From an uncultured Acidobacteriota bacterium (lineage in GTDB: Bacteria > Acidobacteriota > Terriglobia > Terriglobales > Acidobacteriaceae), in contig CAWJDR010000003.1 in the NCBI GenBank assembly GCA_963841655.1, forward strand, positions 74,854 through 138,853: 64,000 nucleotides of DNA, written 5' to 3'. The notes below the pieces were generated by a model. The model ran no database searches, had not been told where the DNA came from, and was given only the letters and a program-made list of their open reading frames with translations. Position numbers and translations under genes: made by a program. This document shows, one piece after another, positions 49,259 to 58,618 of this stretch (within the stretch, counting starts at the first letter, position 1; every line of letters starts with the position of its first letter).

Positions 49259-50095
49259 ATGAACATTCTGGAGTTCACCATGCTGGTGGGGCTCGGGTCT
49301 TTCCTTGCCGGATTTCTGGGGGCGCTAACTGGCCTTGGCGGCGGAGTTGTGCTCGTGCCCCTACTCACCTTGCTATTTAAGGTCGACATCCGGTACGCGG
49401 TGGGAGCTTCGCTCGTATCGGTCATCGCAACTTCCTCCGGAGCCGCCGCCGCCTACTTGAAGGATGGATTTTCCAACATCCGCATCGGAATGTTTTTGGA
49501 AATCGCCACGACACTAGGCGCACTTTTCGGGGCCTTCCTGGCCGCAAGTGTCTCGACTACCGCGATTGGTGTTGTGTTCGGTCTAGTGCTGCTCTATTCC
49601 GGCTATCTTTCCAGCCGGACCCCAGCTGAGTCTCCGGGTGACGATTTTCCTGACCCGTTAGCTACTCGTCTCGGGATGAACGGCACCTACCCTTCCTTGA
49701 GCGGCCCCAGGCAATACTATGTCCACCGCGTGCCGCTTGGTTTCAGCTTGATGTTCGGGGCCGGGACTCTCTCGGGCCTATTGGGGATCGGTTCAGGGGC
49801 TGTCAAAGTTCTGGCCATGGACCAGGCGATGGGGGTTCCTTTCAAGGTTTCGACCACGACCAGCAACTTCATGATTGGAGTGACTGCCGCGGCGAGCGCA
49901 GGAGTGTATCTCAGCCGAGGCTACATTGATCCCGGACTGTCGATGCCCGTGATGCTCGGTGTTCTGGCCGGCTCGCTGGTGGGCGCCCGAGTCCTGGCGC
50001 GGACGAAGACACAGCAATTGCGGCTGGTGTTCGCTGTGGTAATCGCCGCGCTTGGCGTCGAAATGATCTATGGTGCGTTCAGCGGAAAATTCTAA
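49259..50095 (+). CDS. TauE/SafE (TSUP) family sulfite/sulfo-anion transporter
   Basis: 278 aa. Polytopic, with duplicated GxGGG-containing halves (GALTGLGGGVVLVP; GLLGIGSGAV). Confidence 0.8.
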   Translation: MNILEFTMLVGLGSFLAGFLGALTGLGGGVVLVPLLTLLFKVDIRYAVGASLVSVIATSSGAAAAYLKDGFSNIRIGMFLEIATTLGALFGAFLAASVSTTAIGVVFGLVLLYSGYLSSRTPAESPGDDFPDPLATRLGMNGTYPSLSGPRQYYVHRVPLGFSLMFGAGTLSGLLGIGSGAVKVLAMDQAMGVPFKVSTTTSNFMIGVTAAASAGVYLSRGYIDPGLSMPVMLGVLAGSLVGARVLARTKTQQLRLVFAVVIAALGVEMIYGAFSGKF

Positions 50096-50097
50096 TC

Positions 50098-50484
50098 ATG
50101 TTGCGCAAAGCTGACTGGACGGATCAGAAAGTCGAAGTTATCATCGCGAACCTGTTGCGTGCCGGTGTGACTCTGTCTGCAGCCGTCGTGCTTGCTGGGG
50201 GCGTGGTGTTCTTAGTCCGCCATGGACTTGCCCGCGCGAGCTACCAGGTGTTCGTTGGGGAAGCAACCGACCTGCGGCATTGGATGGGTATTGCGCGCGC
50301 CGCATTTGCCCTGCGCGGTCGCGGAATTATCCAGTTGGGCTTGTTGTTCTTGATTGCAACTCCGGTCGCGCGCGTAGCTTTTGCTGCCTTTGCATTCGCC
50401 ATGGAGCGAGACTGGCGATACGTGGGCATCTCCACCTTTGTGCTTCTCGTGCTCCTGTATAGCCTGCTTGGACCTGGGGTTTGA
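50098..50484 (+). CDS. DUF1634-like small membrane protein
   Basis: 128 aa with 3-4 TM helices. 2 nt after the TauE gene, a pairing I recall as common. Assigned by context and architecture only. Confidence 0.5.
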   Translation: MLRKADWTDQKVEVIIANLLRAGVTLSAAVVLAGGVVFLVRHGLARASYQVFVGEATDLRHWMGIARAAFALRGRGIIQLGLLFLIATPVARVAFAAFAFAMERDWRYVGISTFVLLVLLYSLLGPGV

Positions 50485-50679
50485 CCTGAAAGCTCCCATT
50501 CGGGTCCCGTGCGCGTGGCCAAGCCCCGTTCACTCGTCAACGAGGCCGTACAAGTGAGACGAATCCAAACTTCGTTTCCGATCATCCAACCTTTCGACCC
50601 CATTGGTAATCCTTAAGTCCGGACACAATTTCCTGATTCTGACTGCAACCTATCCCGATTCCATGGTGAGGAAACAACA

Positions 50680-51294
50680 ATGGCAAAAAAAGAAGCAGCG
50701 TCTGCAAATCACCGAGTGAGTGCACAACCCCGACTACACCAGAGAGCACGCGAACTCCAAGCCTATGGCACGGTCTCGGCTCTCTTACCTCTGGAACTGG
50801 AAGAACCAGTACGGCTGGAAATGACCGAGCAGCTCAACCAGCTGCTAGCCGATACGATTACGCTTCGCGATCTGTACAAGAAGTCTCATTGGCAGGTCGC
50901 TGGCCCCACCTTCTATCAACTCCATCTCCTTTATGACAAGCACTACGAGGAACAGAATGAACTGGTGGACAGCATCGCCGAGCGGATCCAGCTTCTGGGT
51001 GGCATCAGCCTGGCGATGGCTCACGACATAGCGGAAACCACGCAGATCGAGCGTCCGCCGCGCGGCAGGGAAGAAGCTCCGGTGCAGATTTCGCGTCTGC
51101 TGGACGCGCACCAGGTGATCATTCGGCACGTTCGAAAGCTGGCAAGCCGCGCATCGACCATTGGAGATGATGGCACCAACGATCTGGTCGTCAGCGACGT
51201 GCTGCGCACCAATGAGTTGCAGGTGTGGTTTTTGAGCGAGCACCTCGTAAACGTGCCATTGGTGATCGCGGAAGAGCCGGGAGCCGCCGCCTAA
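50680..51294 (+). CDS. dps: Dps-family ferritin-like DNA-protection protein
   Basis: 204 aa. LNQLLADTITLRDLYKKSHWQVAGPTFYQLHLLYDKHYEEQNELVDSIAERI (ferroxidase-site H/D/E pattern). The N-terminal tail is long. Confidence 0.88.
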   Translation: MAKKEAASANHRVSAQPRLHQRARELQAYGTVSALLPLELEEPVRLEMTEQLNQLLADTITLRDLYKKSHWQVAGPTFYQLHLLYDKHYEEQNELVDSIAERIQLLGGISLAMAHDIAETTQIERPPRGREEAPVQISRLLDAHQVIIRHVRKLASRASTIGDDGTNDLVVSDVLRTNELQVWFLSEHLVNVPLVIAEEPGAAA

Positions 51295-51340
51295 GAAGTC
51301 TATCGGTCGGGTGGACTAGACGAACATCTGCACAAATAAT

Positions 51341-51371
51341 GTAGGCCCGTTTGCGAGAGAAACGGGCCTAC
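51341..51371. terminator. 12-bp hairpin between convergent dps and BHMT-like genes (likely shared terminator)
   Basis: GTAGGCCCGTTT / AAACGGGCCTAC with a 7-nt loop. U-rich only on the minus-strand side (ATTATTTGTG). Confidence 0.5.
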
Positions 51372-51393
51372 GCGCCGCCTCCAGTAGCCGTGC

Positions 51394-52389
51394 CTACTTC
51401 CGCATGGTTTCTTTGTCGTGGTCGTAGTATTCGAAAGCCGACATGGGCTTGGCACCGTCCGTCTTCCATATGCGGTTATCAGGCGGCAATTTGCCGAGTG
51501 CCTTCGCCATCTCGCGCACGTGTGATGCGACGGATCCACAACACGAACCAATGTAGTTGATCCCGATCTCACGCGCCTGCACGGCGTAGTCTCCCATTTC
51601 CTTGCGCGTAAGCTGGAGCGGGTCTAATGCATAAGGAAACTCCGGCAGGCTCGTAAAGTCGGGCTTTTCTTTGGGAGTCCGATAACCGACCGGCTGACAC
51701 GCCAGATACCCAGATACCGCCTTGCGCATTTCTTCCATCGGTCCCAGCATGTGTTGCGGTGGACGAAGACAATTCATGCCGACAATGTCAGCACCCGCAT
51801 CGAACAAGGCTTTAGCTGTGTCGGCAGCGTTCGTGCCTTCCATGGTGGCGTCTTTATTTTCGAAACAAATCGTGACCATGACTGGCAGACTAGTTTTCCG
51901 CGCTCGTTCGACGGCGAGCAAGGCTTCCCCCAACCAGGAAAAAGTCTCTCCCACGATGAAGTCGACGCCTTCCTCAACCTGCACTCGCAGTTGCTCGTCG
52001 AATGTCTGGCGCACGCGATCGGCCGCGGAAGGACTGTTAGGTTCGTACATCCAGGTAAGGCTCAGATTGCCCGCGACCAGACAGTCATTGCCCGCCACCT
52101 CCTTGGCGATGCGCACTGCGGAGCGATTGATGTCCTCCACTCGATCTTCGAGTCCGACGGTGGCTAATTTATCCCTGCTGGCATAGAAGGTCAGCGCCTG
52201 CAGGACTTCGGCGCCAGCTTCTCGAAACTCAACGTGCAATTCGCGAAGAGCCTCGGGATAGACGATTGCCACCTCGGGCGTAAACGGGCCGGGACGCACC
52301 CACCCACGCTTCTCCAGTTCCAACAGGTAGCCGCCATCGCCCAGCACCGGTCCTTCTTTGAGCCGATCGAGAATGCCTTTCTTTTTCAT
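51394..52389 (-). CDS. homocysteine S-methyltransferase family protein (betaine-homocysteine methyltransferase-like)
   Basis: 331 aa. GPVLGDGGYLLELEKRG, LTFYASRDKL, and Zn-site cysteines near the C-terminus (GSCCGS). Confidence 0.8.
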   Translation of the reverse strand: MKKKGILDRLKEGPVLGDGGYLLELEKRGWVRPGPFTPEVAIVYPEALRELHVEFREAGAEVLQALTFYASRDKLATVGLEDRVEDINRSAVRIAKEVAGNDCLVAGNLSLTWMYEPNSPSAADRVRQTFDEQLRVQVEEGVDFIVGETFSWLGEALLAVERARKTSLPVMVTICFENKDATMEGTNAADTAKALFDAGADIVGMNCLRPPQHMLGPMEEMRKAVSGYLACQPVGYRTPKEKPDFTSLPEFPYALDPLQLTRKEMGDYAVQAREIGINYIGSCCGSVASHVREMAKALGKLPPDNRIWKTDGAKPMSAFEYYDHDKETMRK

Positions 52390-52401
52390 GCTTGCTCCTT
52401 A

Positions 52402-53580
52402 CTAGTCGTCGACATACTCATACTCCGCTTTGATCGGTTTCCCTTCGGCGAATCGCTGTGGACGAAATGCATTGATGTCCACGGTCTTAGCAACTCCATC
52501 CAGAATCAATTCGGACATCGCCAGCCCAATCGCCGGCGAGATCTTGAAACCCATGCCAGAAAAACCCGCACACACGTATAGTCCAGCAATTCCGGGAATC
52601 TCCCCCAGCAGCGGTCGGGAGTCAGGGGTCATGTCGTACACACCGGTAACTCCATGCATCACTTCGGCCTTTTCGAGCTTGGGTATGCGTCGGCAGGCAC
52701 GCTCAAGCACTTCTTCGAGAGACTCGTCCGAAGCGCGTTGCGAAAAATTGTCCGGATCAACCGGCCGCTTACCATAGAAGTCGCCGACGAGGAATTTGTC
52801 CTGCCCATCAGGGCGGAAATAGGTTTGCGTACCTGAATCGATACACGCGCAACCACCGCCCTTCATATCAGGCGAATTCTTGAGAATGGCAACCTGGTGA
52901 AACTCGGTTTCGATCGGTAGGTCGTATCCAACCTTCTGGAACAGCGGGCGGGTCCAGGGTCCTGTGGCAGCGATTACTGTCGGGGCATCGATAGGTCCTT
53001 GATCCGTAGCGACACCGCGAACGCGGCCACCCACCCCTCGAATGGCGGTTGTTTGTGTTCGCGGGAAATAGCACGCACCTTGATCCCGAGCTCTGGCCAG
53101 AAAATCGTTTGCAACCGCTGCTCCGTCTCCAAAACCCGAGTCCGGTTCGTAGGCCGCGAGTTCCACCTCATCTACGATCCAGTCCGGTTCAAGCTTCTGG
53201 AGATCCTGCCCGGAGATCAGACTAACGTTAACGCCCAGCTTCCGCTGCATGTCCACATTGAGCTTGAGCCGTTCCATCTCATTCGGGTGCACGATGCGGA
53301 CGAATCCGGTTTTCCGGAAAAGCGTTGCTTCCCCAAGCAGTTCTCCCCAGTGCTCGAACATCCTCAGGCTCACCAGCGCGAGCTGGACCTCAGCCGGAAA
53401 ACTGTAGTGCATGCGAATGAGAGCGGATGACCGTCCACTTCCGCCGCGGCCGACATGGTCTTTATCAACGACCAGAATCCGTCCCGCCTTGCGCTGAGAT
53501 AAATGGAATGCGATGGACGCACCCATCACTCCTGCGCCAATGATCACGATATCGGCGGTTCTGGTCCCGTTTGTGGTCAC
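52402..53580 (-). CDS. FAD-dependent oxidoreductase (DAO family; sarcosine/dimethylglycine oxidase-like)
   Basis: Start taken at GTG 53580 (GTGA overlap with the upstream stop) rather than the track start at 53691. DIVIIGAGVMGASIAFHL dinucleotide fold. DAO-type C-terminus. Confidence 0.8.
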   Translation of the reverse strand: MTTNGTRTADIVIIGAGVMGASIAFHLSQRKAGRILVVDKDHVGRGGSGRSSALIRMHYSFPAEVQLALVSLRMFEHWGELLGEATLFRKTGFVRIVHPNEMERLKLNVDMQRKLGVNVSLISGQDLQKLEPDWIVDEVELAAYEPDSGFGDGAAVANDFLARARDQGACYFPRTQTTAIRGVGGRVRGVATDQGPIDAPTVIAATGPWTRPLFQKVGYDLPIETEFHQVAILKNSPDMKGGGCACIDSGTQTYFRPDGQDKFLVGDFYGKRPVDPDNFSQRASDESLEEVLERACRRIPKLEKAEVMHGVTGVYDMTPDSRPLLGEIPGIAGLYVCAGFSGMGFKISPAIGLAMSELILDGVAKTVDINAFRPQRFAEGKPIKAEYEYVDD

Positions 53581-55196
53581 GCTGCGCTTTCCTTGAAGCG
53601 GCCTTTCTTCCAGTCGCGCAGAGCTTGCTGCGCGGCATTGTGCCCGGGAGCCCCGGTCACTCCGCCGCCGGGATGCGCGCCCGCTCCGCACAGGTAGAGT
53701 CCATCGATCGGAGTGCGATACTGCGACCAGCCCGCTACTGGCCGCATGAAGAACAACTGCTCCAGCGTCAAATCGCCGTGAAAAATATTTCCCTCTGTGA
53801 GGCCGTAGGTCCGCTCCAGATCCAAAGGTGTCAGCACTTGGCGGGCGATGATGGATCCGGGAACGTTGGAGGCATACTCGCCAATCTTGCGAATAACGCG
53901 ATCTCCCAAGATTTTCCGGTTTTCATCCCACGTCCCCTTGCGCAGATGGTAGGGAACGTATTGCACAAAGCAGGTCATGATGTGGGTGCCCGCAGGGGCC
54001 AGGGAAGCATCGGCATTCGACGCAATTACGCAATCGACCCAGAGCTCCTCAGGAATCTCCCCAAACTTGGAAATGTCATAGCAGCGCTCGGCAAATTCGA
54101 GCGAAGGCACCAACGTATAGAACGTTCGCTCCATCGCCGTGTGGCTCGGGGGAGTTCCGGTGAACCGTGGTTCTTCTGAGAGCGCCAGGTTGACCTTGGC
54201 GCATGGACCCGCCATTTTGATTCCACGCACGGCATGCACAAACTCCGAAGGCAACTCGCTTTCCGGAACCATCTTCAGGAAAGTTCGCTTCGGGTCGGCA
54301 TTGGAGAGAACGATCCGCCCACGAATTTCGGTGCCGTCTTCCAATACAACTCCGAGCGCTCGTCCGCTTTTTGTGCGGATCTGAGCCACAGAAGCCGAAG
54401 TCCGAATCTCTACTCCAAGCTTCTGCCCGGCGGCTGCGAGTGCTTGCGTGATTGCTCCCATCCCGCCCATCACGTGTCCGTAGAAGCCCTGCAGTTCATG
54501 GTCCCCGCCGCTCAGCAAATGGAACAGCAGTCCAATCGCGGTGCCCGGCTGATACGGCCCACCGTGCTTGCCGTAAACATTGTTGGCGAGGAACATCGTC
54601 TTGATGGTCTCGGACTCGTAATTCCGATCCAAAAACTCGCCCAGGCTACCCGTCAGGAACGACACCAGCTGAGCAATTTCATTGCTGGAAATATTTCGGA
54701 ACCTCTTGCCTACCCGAAACAGATCACTCCACCCCGCCATGCTCCTGGCGTCCACTTCGGGAGGAGGCTCCAGAAAAAACGGCTGCAGATAACGCGCCAG
54801 TTTTTTGAGTTGGTCATCTATTCGTACGAAGGTGTCCGCGTCTTTGGGAGAGTGCTTGCGAAATTCCGCGACCGCACGATCCCGATCGGCCCACCAGGGA
54901 ACTACTCGACCGTCCGGAAATGCTACCTGGATTGCCGGGTCGCACGGCACCATGCGTAGCCCGTGCTCGGCCAGATTCAGATCACTGATTACTTCAGGAC
55001 GAAGCATGCTGGCAATGTAGGACGTTGTGGACGCGCGACATCCCGGAGCAATTTCTTCGGTCACGCAACACCCGCCTACGATGTCTCGGCGTTCGAGCAC
55101 CAGTGTGCTCAGTCCCCCGCGCGCTAGATACGCCGCGGCCGTGAGCCCATTGTGTCCGCCTCCCACTACGATTGCGTCGTACTTTCTACTTAGCAT
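53577..55196 (-). CDS. NAD(P)/FAD-dependent oxidoreductase, phytoene desaturase (CrtI)-like family
   Basis: 539 aa. YDAIVVGGGHNGLTAAAYLARGG, C-terminal GLYLCGAGAHPGGGVTGAPG. Confidence 0.8.
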   Translation of the reverse strand: MLSRKYDAIVVGGGHNGLTAAAYLARGGLSTLVLERRDIVGGCCVTEEIAPGCRASTTSYIASMLRPEVISDLNLAEHGLRMVPCDPAIQVAFPDGRVVPWWADRDRAVAEFRKHSPKDADTFVRIDDQLKKLARYLQPFFLEPPPEVDARSMAGWSDLFRVGKRFRNISSNEIAQLVSFLTGSLGEFLDRNYESETIKTMFLANNVYGKHGGPYQPGTAIGLLFHLLSGGDHELQGFYGHVMGGMGAITQALAAAGQKLGVEIRTSASVAQIRTKSGRALGVVLEDGTEIRGRIVLSNADPKRTFLKMVPESELPSEFVHAVRGIKMAGPCAKVNLALSEEPRFTGTPPSHTAMERTFYTLVPSLEFAERCYDISKFGEIPEELWVDCVIASNADASLAPAGTHIMTCFVQYVPYHLRKGTWDENRKILGDRVIRKIGEYASNVPGSIIARQVLTPLDLERTYGLTEGNIFHGDLTLEQLFFMRPVAGWSQYRTPIDGLYLCGAGAHPGGGVTGAPGHNAAQQALRDWKKGRFKESAA

Positions 55197-55208
55197 GACC
55201 GAGGGCGA

Positions 55209-55221
55209 TGACTTATGGTCA
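55209..55221. promoter_or_regulatory. candidate TetR operator 1 (TGACTTATGGTCA)
   Basis: Palindromic TGAC-N5-GTCA 13 nt from the start of the CrtI-like gene. Matches the site at 55310-55322 at 11 of 13 positions, or 12 of 14 including the flanking A. Confidence 0.45.
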
Positions 55222-55309
55222 AAACATCATAGATATTGGGTTCAATACATTACCGCACGCCACTGAAAGAATGGAATTGAAATCCGAACTATTTTTCTGT
55301 ATCGTTTCC

Positions 55310-55322
55310 TGACTTGAGGTCA
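55310..55322. promoter_or_regulatory. candidate TetR operator 2 (TGACTTGAGGTCA)
   Basis: Same motif, 6 nt upstream of the tetR ATG at 55328. Confidence 0.45.
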
Positions 55323-55327
55323 ATATT

Positions 55328-56044
55328 ATGAGCGGCATCGCTTCTAGTCTGGCCAGTCCTCCCCGTTATCGCACTCAGGTTCCTCCCCGACCCCGATCCG
55401 AGGCCAAGCGGACTCGAATTATCGATGCCGCCATGCGGCACTTCGCAGAACAGGGCTACCATGCCGCCCGGGTCGGCGACATCGCAGCGCAACTGGGCAT
55501 CGCCAAGGGCTCCGTATTCCAACATTTCGGCAGTAAGGATGGTCTCTTCTTTGAGGTGTACAAAAAGGCAGTAAGGGCATTTCCCGCATACCTCGATGCT
55601 CCTGCCGACATTCAGGCAGGAGGTTTTTTCGAGGTCCTCCGCTATTGGCTCGTGCGGACGGAGCACATGCTGCATGAGGACTGGATCCCCTACCGAGTGT
55701 CGCTTCTTGGAAACTATGGAACTGACCTTACCTTGAAGCGGGAAATCAATCGCTTCCTGATGACGGAAGATCCGTATGGCACAGTTGCTTTTGTTCGGTT
55801 CGGTATCCAGCGTGGCGAATTGCGCAAAGACCTCGACTTGGAGATGATCGTGTCGATCCTCGATTGGATGATGGAGCGCTTTCAGGATGCGTTGCTCACC
55901 GAGGAACTCGATCCTGGCCTGTTCCGTCGTCAGGGAGAAATTGGTGAGCGTAAGGAAGCTCGCATCAATCAATTTCTCGACATCTTGCAACGCGCCATCG
56001 GGTCTGACATGACCATGGCCACTGTTCAGAGGACAAACGAATGA
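55328..56044 (+). CDS. TetR/AcrR-family transcriptional regulator
   Basis: 238 aa. N-terminal HTH (RIIDAAMRHFAEQGYHAARVGDIAAQLGIAKGSVFQHFGSKDGLF). Confidence 0.88.
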   Translation: MSGIASSLASPPRYRTQVPPRPRSEAKRTRIIDAAMRHFAEQGYHAARVGDIAAQLGIAKGSVFQHFGSKDGLFFEVYKKAVRAFPAYLDAPADIQAGGFFEVLRYWLVRTEHMLHEDWIPYRVSLLGNYGTDLTLKREINRFLMTEDPYGTVAFVRFGIQRGELRKDLDLEMIVSILDWMMERFQDALLTEELDPGLFRRQGEIGERKEARINQFLDILQRAIGSDMTMATVQRTNE

Positions 56045-57174
56045 TCAGGCGGGTCTCGGTCGAAGAGATTCTTACAAGCTACAATGATAAGGTACCCCTC
56101 TCCGAAGCCTCGACCATTCCCGCGCCATGGTACGTTGACCCGCGTATCGCGGAATTGGAAGCTTTTACCGTCTTCAGCAAGACCTGGCAAGTGATTGGTC
56201 GCGCCGACCAGGTGCAACAACCGGGCCAGTTCATCACCGCCTCCCTCGCAGGCGAGCCGATCGTTGCCGTGAGAGGAACGGACGGGCAACTCCGCGCTTT
56301 TTACAACGTTTGCCGTCACCATGCAGCGAAAGTGGTTACAGAGCCATGCGGCATCGCGTCAATTCTCCATTGCCCCTATCACGGGTGGAACTACGGCCTC
56401 GACGGCGCGCTCAAAGGAATGCCCGAGTTCGATGGAGTCAGGAATTTTGACCGCCATGATAACGGATTAGTTCCCGTGAAGGCGGAAACCTGGGAAGCGT
56501 TTGTCTTCGTGAATCTCGACCCACAGGCCGAACCGCTAACCGACTTTCTAGGCGGCTTGGTGAAGCGCTGCGAACCTCTCGGACTCGGCAAACTCCACTT
56601 CTTCGATCGCAAGATTTACGACATCGCCTGCAACTGGAAGGTTTTCATAGATAACTATCTCGACGGCGGCTACCACGTCCCGCACCTGCACAAGGCCCTC
56701 AGCAGCGTTCTTGACTACAAGCAATACACGATCGAAAACGAAGACCGCTATTGCCTGCAATCGAGCCCAATGGTGATTTCTGACGAGGATGCCGCCACGG
56801 GCGCGACCCGTAAGGGCGATCGCGCGTGGTATTTCTGGCAATACCCGAACTTCATGATCAATTGCTATGAAGGCTACATGGACACGAACCTCGTGCTCCC
56901 GCTGGACGTCGACCGTTGCCGAGTCATCTTTGACTTTTACTTCAGCGACGTGAGCGAGTCGCGCCGGGAGTACAACACGCAGAGTATTGCCGTTGGGGAC
57001 CGCGTGCAGGACGAGGATTTGGGAATCTGTGAGGATGTGCAGCGAGGACTGAAGTCGCGTGCATACGGCGCCGGGCGTCTCTCGGTTCGCCGCGAGGCGG
57101 GTGAGCAATTGTTCCATCGTTTGTTGGCGGCCGACTTAAAGAGCGGCATCAGTCAGGCAATCGCCGCAGACTAA
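56041..57174 (+). CDS. Rieske [2Fe-2S] non-haem-iron oxygenase alpha subunit (choline-monooxygenase-like subgroup)
   Basis: 377 aa. CRHHAAKV...CPYHGWNY Rieske motif and a mononuclear-iron region (YLDGGYHVPHLH). ATGA overlap with tetR. Confidence 0.82.
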   Translation: MIRRVSVEEILTSYNDKVPLSEASTIPAPWYVDPRIAELEAFTVFSKTWQVIGRADQVQQPGQFITASLAGEPIVAVRGTDGQLRAFYNVCRHHAAKVVTEPCGIASILHCPYHGWNYGLDGALKGMPEFDGVRNFDRHDNGLVPVKAETWEAFVFVNLDPQAEPLTDFLGGLVKRCEPLGLGKLHFFDRKIYDIACNWKVFIDNYLDGGYHVPHLHKALSSVLDYKQYTIENEDRYCLQSSPMVISDEDAATGATRKGDRAWYFWQYPNFMINCYEGYMDTNLVLPLDVDRCRVIFDFYFSDVSESRREYNTQSIAVGDRVQDEDLGICEDVQRGLKSRAYGAGRLSVRREAGEQLFHRLLAADLKSGISQAIAAD

Positions 57175-57216
57175 CACCAGGCCAAGTGCAAGAAACGCAA
57201 CTCTTCAGGAGGGCAT

Positions 57217-58555
57217 TTGCCCTCCTTCTTCATGTACAGGGGGAGCCCAGTGAAAGCGAATCTCTTGGTCGTACTCTTCTGTCTGTGCTGCGTGGATGCG
57301 GCCTCCGCCCAAGTTACAGCAATCAAGGCGGGAAGACTGGTGGACCCGGATGCGGGCACGGTCCTCAACGACCAGATCATTCTGATTCGTGAGAACAAGA
57401 TCGAAGCAGTCGGCAAAGGCCTGTCGATTCCGAATGAAGCGACAGTCATCGATCTCACGCAAATGACGGTTTTGCCAGGCCTCATCGATTGCCACACCCA
57501 CGTCGCAGACGGCCACAACGACGGCGAACCTTTCAACGTTCTCAAAAAGACAGCGTCCCAAATCGTGCTCGAATCGGTAACGAACGCGAAGAAAATGCTC
57601 GAGTCCGGATTTACGACCGTGCGGGATGTCGGCACCTATCGCGCTCTGAATGATGTGGCTTTGCGTGACGCAATCGCACGCGGATACGTGCCCGGCCCGC
57701 GCATGTACGTGGCGGGCGCCTACATCACGATCACAGGCGGTGCCGGCGCCATGACCGGTCAGGCTCCCGACATTCAGTTGCCCTGGGATCTTCACTACGG
57801 CGAAGCGAACAGTCCCTGGGAGGTCCGCCAGCGTATCCGCCAACTTGCCCACGATGGCGTGGACCTCATCAAAGTCCTTTCTACCGGGGCTGTCCTAACA
57901 CACGGCAGCAATCCCAATTCGCTGGAATTCACGCCTGAAGAACTCAACGCCGCGGTCGATGAAGCCAGCCACTTCGGGTTGAGGGTGGCGGTGCACGCGC
58001 ACGCCGCGCAGGGAATCAAAAACGCGATTCTCGCAGGCGCTGCTTCGATCGAGCATGCGGAAATCGTCGACGATGAAGGCATCGCGTTGGCGATCAAGCA
58101 TGGAACTTACTTTGACATGGACATCTACGACGAAGAGTGCATCCAGGAGGGCGGGAAGAAGGGAACTACACCCAAAGACTTTCTGGAGCATGACGCCGAA
58201 CTTGGACAATTGCAGCGGGAAAACTTTCGCAAGGCTGTGAAAGCTGGTGTCAAGATGGCTTTTGGAACGGACGCAGGCGTGTGCCCGTACGGCACCAGCG
58301 CCAAGCAGTTTGCTTTCATGGTGAAGTATGGCATGACGCCCGATGCAAGCCATCCAGGCAGCGACGACGAACGCCGCCGATCTCCTTGGGCATTCCAAAG
58401 AAGTTGGGTCAATCAAGCCGGGCAAGTACGCGGATCTCATCGCAGTTTCGGGTGATCCGCTACGAGATGTGAGCGTACTGGAGCAAGTCGATTTCGTCAT
58501 GAAAGACGGGGCCGTTTACAGGCGGCCAAAATCGGACGCATGCGCAACAAAATAG
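57217..58555 (+). pseudogene. secreted metal-dependent amidohydrolase; one frameshift as assembled
   Basis: Signal peptide. The likelier start is GTG 57250, after GGGGAG. LPGLIDCHTHV, VAVHAHA. Text continues ..VKYGMTP / MQAIQAATTNAADLLG...GKYADLIAVSGDPL into ORF 58343..58555. The shift is at CCC 58339-41. Confidence 0.82.
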
Positions 58556-58618
58556 CGCTGTTTGCCGCTGAGTATACAGGATGGCGCACGCCTCGAGGCT
58601 CTCGGCGCGTAGGTATGG

